From: an uncultured Oceanospirillales bacterium
GTDB taxonomy: Bacteria > Pseudomonadota > Gammaproteobacteria > Pseudomonadales > Litorivicinaceae
Assembly: GCA_913061245.1 (NCBI GenBank)
Contig: CAJXTO010000001.1
Coordinates: forward strand, 1 to 35,045
Reading direction: 5' to 3'
Length of the DNA stretch: 35,045 nt
The notes under the pieces: model-generated
The model's database searches: none
Told to the model about the DNA's origin: nothing
What the model saw: only the letters and a program-made list of their open reading frames with translations
Part shown: positions 30,569 to 35,045 of the stretch, one piece after another
How positions within the stretch are numbered: position 1 is the stretch's first letter
Layout: each line of letters opens with the position of its first letter
Position numbers and translations under genes: made by a program

Positions 30569-31501
30569 TCAGTCCTTAACGAGTGTGACCCACTCGCTGA
30601 ATTTCTCGTTTCGGCCATGAACGACATCGAAATAATCAGACTGGAGCATTTCTGTAATAGGTCCACGAGACCCTGCACCAATCGGACGCGAATCCAGCTC
30701 ACGAATCGGCGTCACTTCAGCTGCAGTCCCTGTGAAGAACGCCTCATCAGCAATTAACACTTCATCACGGGTAATCCGCTTTTCAACAACATCAAGTCCG
30801 TGCTCCTTGGCCAACCTGAAAATAGTCTTCCGCGTAATACCATCCAAACAGCTCGTGAGCTCAGGCGTGTAAATCACGCCATCACGTACAATAAATACGT
30901 TCTCACCGGACCCCTCAGCAACATAGCCCTCTGGATCCAGCAATAATGCTTCATCCGCACCACCAGTCAGCGCTTCTTGTAGTGCCAGCATGGAATTCAT
31001 GTAGTTACCGTTGGCTTTCGCTTTTGTCATGGTGATATTCACATGATGACGAGTGTAACTTGACGTGCGGACCTTAATTCCACGCTTCATGTTTTCTTCG
31101 CCCATGTATGAACCCCAGGCCCAAGCAGCCACAATCACATGGGTTTTCAAAGAATCAGCGCGTAGACCCATCCCCTCTGAACCGTAAAACACCATGGGTC
31201 GCAGATAAGCATGGTCCAAATCATTTGAGGCAACAGCGGCTTTCTGCGCAGCATCGATCTCTTCCATCGAAAATGGAATATCCATGCCAAGAATTTTCGC
31301 GGAATCAAATAAGCGGCGCGTATGATCCCTTAAGCGGAAAATCGCAGCACCGTCTGCTGTCTGATATGCACGCACACCCTCGAAGCACCCGAGGCCATAA
31401 TGCAAAGTGTGTGTCAGGACATGTGTCTGACAATCACGCCAAGGCTTGAGTTCACCATCAAACCAAATTAATCCATCTCGATCAGCAAAGTTCGGCTGCA
31501 T
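30569..31501 (-). CDS. ilvE: Branched-chain amino acid aminotransferase
   Basis: LHYGLGCFEGVRAY, AKANGNY (PLP Lys), EGSGEN, LDGITR, GTAAEV. Confidence 0.97.
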   Translation of the reverse strand: MQPNFADRDGLIWFDGELKPWRDCQTHVLTHTLHYGLGCFEGVRAYQTADGAAIFRLRDHTRRLFDSAKILGMDIPFSMEEIDAAQKAAVASNDLDHAYLRPMVFYGSEGMGLRADSLKTHVIVAAWAWGSYMGEENMKRGIKVRTSSYTRHHVNITMTKAKANGNYMNSMLALQEALTGGADEALLLDPEGYVAEGSGENVFIVRDGVIYTPELTSCLDGITRKTIFRLAKEHGLDVVEKRITRDEVLIADEAFFTGTAAEVTPIRELDSRPIGAGSRGPITEMLQSDYFDVVHGRNEKFSEWVTLVKD

Positions 31502-31518
31502 TTTTATTTCCAATCAAT

Positions 31519-34146
31519 TCAAGAAGACATCCACTGCGCCCAAAGACCCTCAACCAACTGCCGCTCGTTTTTAACCTCTGCGATTTCGGCACGACCTTCC
31601 CGGCCAGCCAAGATTGCTTCATGGTTTAACGTCCGATAGTGGACATAAGCGCTCTTCAACGCATCTGCATCTACTGTTGAAATACACCCAGACCCTGAAA
31701 GTCCGTCGAGCTGTCGGATGTTATCCGTATAAGTCGCAAGCTCGGGATGCATTTCTGCATGTGCTAGAACCTGATATTGCACCATAAATTCGATATCAAC
31801 GATACCTCCTCGATCGTGCTTTAAATCAAAACCGAAATCGCTCGTACTACTAGCCAAATGCGTTCGCATTTTTTCGCGCATTTCAACGACATCTTTTAAC
31901 AATGCTTTCGGTTCTCGCGGCTTTCGTAAAACGTCCAGACGAAGCGCCTCCAATCTATCGTTTAAGAATCGATCTCCAGCAACGGGACGTGCTCTGACGA
32001 AGGCTTGTAATTCCCAGGTCCATGCTGACTCATCCAGATATTTCTTCAGCGCATCAAGACCGACCACCATCAATCCAGAACGCCCAGACGGTCTCAATCG
32101 CGTATCGATTTCATACAAGCGACCAAAGCGTGTGTTGGTCTCAATCAATGCAATGACCCGACGCACGACACGATTAACGAAAAGACCACCCTCAATTGCG
32201 ACATCGCCATCTGTCATCTGATCAGGATCGATGCCGTGGACAAAAACGAGGTCAAGGTCTGAACCGTAGCTCATTTCAAGTCCACCTAATTTGCCATACC
32301 CAAGGACTGAGACGCCAAGCGCATCATCTCGATCCGATTCAATAACAACCGGTTGACCATGCTTATTCTGAACCTCTCGGTATGCGTAATGCAGCACTTC
32401 TGAAACAACTGCCTCAGCGATCCAAGTCAACTGGTCGGATACCTGCATTAATGGAATCTCGCCGCGCACCTCAAAAACAGCGACACGAAATGCGAGGCCG
32501 CGAGCAAATTGCACAAGTACTTCTGTTAAGCGTTCTGGGTCATCGGGATCAACTCGCTGCAAACGCATCGATAATTCCTGACCGATCGCCTCACGTGACA
32601 TCACCGCTTCACTCACATCGAGTGTCAGGAGCTCATCTAAGAGGGCGGGCATCTCAATCAGCCGCTCAGTAACCCAAGATGATCGATCCAAAATATCGAG
32701 CATCCGTTCCCGCGTCGCCGGGTTCTCAGATAAAAGCGACAAATACACACTGCGGCGCGTGCAGGTCGAAATAAACCGAAGCATCCGCTCTGTCACGTCG
32801 ATCGGATATTTACTTAATTCAGGACCTAATTGATCCAATAACGTAGTCAATCGAGATCGCGCAATCGGCTCAAGACGATCACACACTGGATCATCAAGAA
32901 ATGCGTCCAGCCGCTCTTGTACGTCATCTTTGATTGGGGCTTGAGTCGTCTCTTGTGATTTTTCAACCCGCATGAAAGAAGCAAACGCTTCATGAACTCG
33001 ATCCGTCACTTCTTTACGTTTTCGTTCAAAATCTTCAGCGGACTCAAACCCCATCACTGAAGCCAAAGGCCCACAATCTGATGGTAATTCCTGCGTTTGC
33101 TGATCGTTTTCAGCTTGAATAACGTGTTCAACGTAACGAAGCCACAAATAATCTTCTTTGAGTTGGATACCGTCATTCTCATTAATGATGGTCTCTGTCA
33201 TCAGAGTCGATAAGGCTTCTAGAAATCCGGTAACTTGAAGGCTTGGAATCTGGCCTCCGCGCAGTAATTGCATTGCTTGAACGATAAATTCGATTTCACG
33301 TATGCCGCCCCGCCCAACTTTCACGTTTTTATCTCGGCCGTTACGGCGGACTTCTGCCTCAATTTTTGATTTGAGATCGCGAATCGATTCAAACACACCA
33401 AAATCGAGATATTTCCGATACATGAACGGCTTTAACGACTTTAATAATTCGTGGCCTAGTTCAATATCACCTGCGACTGGGCGCGCTTTCAATAAAGCAA
33501 ATCGCTCCCATTCCCGGCCATGTACTTCGTAATAATCTTCACAGGCAACAACTGGGATTGCGAGTTGGCCCGCTGAACCCCAAGGTCTCAAACGCTGGTC
33601 AACACGTTCGACAAAACCATCAACCGTTTGCGCATCGAGTGATTTGGCAAGCTGTTGTGTCAGACGAGTGAAGTAATCGCCATGATCCCGTACGCGAGGG
33701 CCCGACGTTTCACCGTCTTCTGCGAAAACGCAGAAGATATCGATGTCGGATGAGAGATTCAGCTCGCGCCCACCTAATTTACCCATACCTAAAATCGTAA
33801 AGGCCCGGTTTGATGGGGCACCGAAGGCCTGCTCTAGGATTGTTCGATGATGCGCAAGACTGGCATCAAGCGCTGACTCCGCCATTTGCGTCGTGACCCG
33901 AACGGTATCCTCAAAAGAGTCTGTTCCATTCAATAGCCGATAGATCAGACCCGCTTGTGTTTGATTCCTCAGAAGGCGAGCTTCACGATCGAAATCATGC
34001 GTATTCAATTCGACTAGCTGTTGCCAAGAACTGTGAATTTGAGCCTGATCAGGTGGTATTGCTCCGGCAGTTCCCAGCCATACCTGTTCGGGATCGAACT
34101 TCTCGACCCAACGTTTCAGAAACTGAGAGTACTCAACTGGCTGCAT
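31519..34146 (-). CDS. glnE: Bifunctional glutamine synthetase adenylyltransferase/adenylyl-removing enzyme
   Basis: Two NT domains: GMGKLGGRELNLSSDID and GYGKLGGLEMSYGSDLD; GGIREIEF, RLRPSG, GGIVDIEF; ATG 34146 after GGAG. Confidence 0.95.
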   Translation of the reverse strand: MQPVEYSQFLKRWVEKFDPEQVWLGTAGAIPPDQAQIHSSWQQLVELNTHDFDREARLLRNQTQAGLIYRLLNGTDSFEDTVRVTTQMAESALDASLAHHRTILEQAFGAPSNRAFTILGMGKLGGRELNLSSDIDIFCVFAEDGETSGPRVRDHGDYFTRLTQQLAKSLDAQTVDGFVERVDQRLRPWGSAGQLAIPVVACEDYYEVHGREWERFALLKARPVAGDIELGHELLKSLKPFMYRKYLDFGVFESIRDLKSKIEAEVRRNGRDKNVKVGRGGIREIEFIVQAMQLLRGGQIPSLQVTGFLEALSTLMTETIINENDGIQLKEDYLWLRYVEHVIQAENDQQTQELPSDCGPLASVMGFESAEDFERKRKEVTDRVHEAFASFMRVEKSQETTQAPIKDDVQERLDAFLDDPVCDRLEPIARSRLTTLLDQLGPELSKYPIDVTERMLRFISTCTRRSVYLSLLSENPATRERMLDILDRSSWVTERLIEMPALLDELLTLDVSEAVMSREAIGQELSMRLQRVDPDDPERLTEVLVQFARGLAFRVAVFEVRGEIPLMQVSDQLTWIAEAVVSEVLHYAYREVQNKHGQPVVIESDRDDALGVSVLGYGKLGGLEMSYGSDLDLVFVHGIDPDQMTDGDVAIEGGLFVNRVVRRVIALIETNTRFGRLYEIDTRLRPSGRSGLMVVGLDALKKYLDESAWTWELQAFVRARPVAGDRFLNDRLEALRLDVLRKPREPKALLKDVVEMREKMRTHLASSTSDFGFDLKHDRGGIVDIEFMVQYQVLAHAEMHPELATYTDNIRQLDGLSGSGCISTVDADALKSAYVHYRTLNHEAILAGREGRAEIAEVKNERQLVEGLWAQWMSS

Positions 34147-34999
34147 TCGTCGGCTCCAGAGATTTTCCAATCATCCAGCGGGCGAGCCCCGATGGAAGCT
34201 CCCCACGTCTCAAACTATCGCGGTATAGGGAAATTGCCTGCTGATCCCCGATTGCTTCCAACGCCCGAACAGCTTCATCTGGTGCGGGTCCAGACAAAGG
34301 ATCCAATGCGCGACTCAACCAATGAAGCCAATGCTCTCTAGTATCAGGTGTCGGGTCTTTCATCGGATTAGCGTCGCGAATCAATCGATCACCTCGCTCT
34401 GCTTTTGAGATAACTCCCATAAACGCGGGTAAGCGATCAGATATCTCACACCCGAGCGCTGTTAACTGATCAACGTCACCTGAGAGCAACTCAAGCTCCA
34501 GTTCCGAGACTCGAGACTCTCGATCACCAACTTGAACAGAACCAAGATCTAAGGACATCATCACATCACAATTATCTCTTGTGACGTGCCAGTCGGTGCG
34601 TTCGAAGGCATTCTGAAATACAACTTCAAGTGATCTCTCTTGGATTAACGGAACGACCGATACAGGTAAATCCAAACTCTCCAGACGCGCATAATCAAGA
34701 TGCGGGGAATCAATCGAAAAATTCCATTCGCGCCGCTGTGACAAACCACCTTCATCTGGCTCTCGGATCTTGACCGTCATCTCGTGAGATTCATTAATAG
34801 AGCGCGTTCGAATTGCAACACCCGATCGATGCAGCAGGCCTGCGCAATCAAAGTATGCGTTTTGTAAGAGCTCTGTCTGACTGGGAATCGCCTGATCCAA
34901 AACCGAATGCAGCACTTTAGAAACTCTGGATGGGTCGCAATCACGCAATCCTAATTTGAGTTCAAGTTCAATCGTGTCTGGAGTTGATGACCGATTCAT
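34133..34999 (-). CDS. CYTH-domain protein (YgiF-like inorganic triphosphatase)
   Basis: ELELK (ExExK), NAYFD, RREWN, FERT, ELELEL, SKAERG; directly upstream of glnE as for ygiF. Confidence 0.85.
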   Translation of the reverse strand: MNRSSTPDTIELELKLGLRDCDPSRVSKVLHSVLDQAIPSQTELLQNAYFDCAGLLHRSGVAIRTRSINESHEMTVKIREPDEGGLSQRREWNFSIDSPHLDYARLESLDLPVSVVPLIQERSLEVVFQNAFERTDWHVTRDNCDVMMSLDLGSVQVGDRESRVSELELELLSGDVDQLTALGCEISDRLPAFMGVISKAERGDRLIRDANPMKDPTPDTREHWLHWLSRALDPLSGPAPDEAVRALEAIGDQQAISLYRDSLRRGELPSGLARWMIGKSLEPTNAAS

Positions 35000-35045
35000 C
35001 GCACAATTCCCTGTGAGAAGAGGAGTTTAACCATTCAAACGCAAC

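Overview
A very gene-dense, roughly 50% GC core-genome segment of a gammaproteobacterium. Gene order resembles a compacted Pseudomonas/Oceanospirillales arrangement, and the near-absence of intergenic DNA suggests a streamlined lineage (inference). It holds 33 complete CDS plus one 5' fragment: msrAB, a DMT transporter, a coupled ptrB-yrfG-hslR-hslO-pckA-like-gshA run, an FKBP PPIase, a VTT/DedA-ynjBCD-ynjF operon, hemB-trxA-rho, hemCDXY, argH, an LPS inner-core block (waaA, FAD oxidoreductase, aldo-keto reductase, gmhA, hldE, lpxL, waaC, waaF), and ilvE, glnE and a CYTH gene. I saw no RNA genes, mobile elements or CRISPR arrays. The best leads are: (1) a full-length PckA homolog that has lost most catalytic and metal-binding residues (candidate pseudoenzyme); (2) an uncharacterised FAD oxidoreductase + aldo-keto reductase pair wired between waaA and gmhA, possibly an undescribed LPS sugar redox step; (3) an ABC importer + VTT protein + CDP-alcohol phosphotransferase operon of unknown substrate; (4) repeated overlapping bidirectional -10 elements, some apparently driving leaderless mRNAs. 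Gene calls come from remembered family motifs, not database searches.
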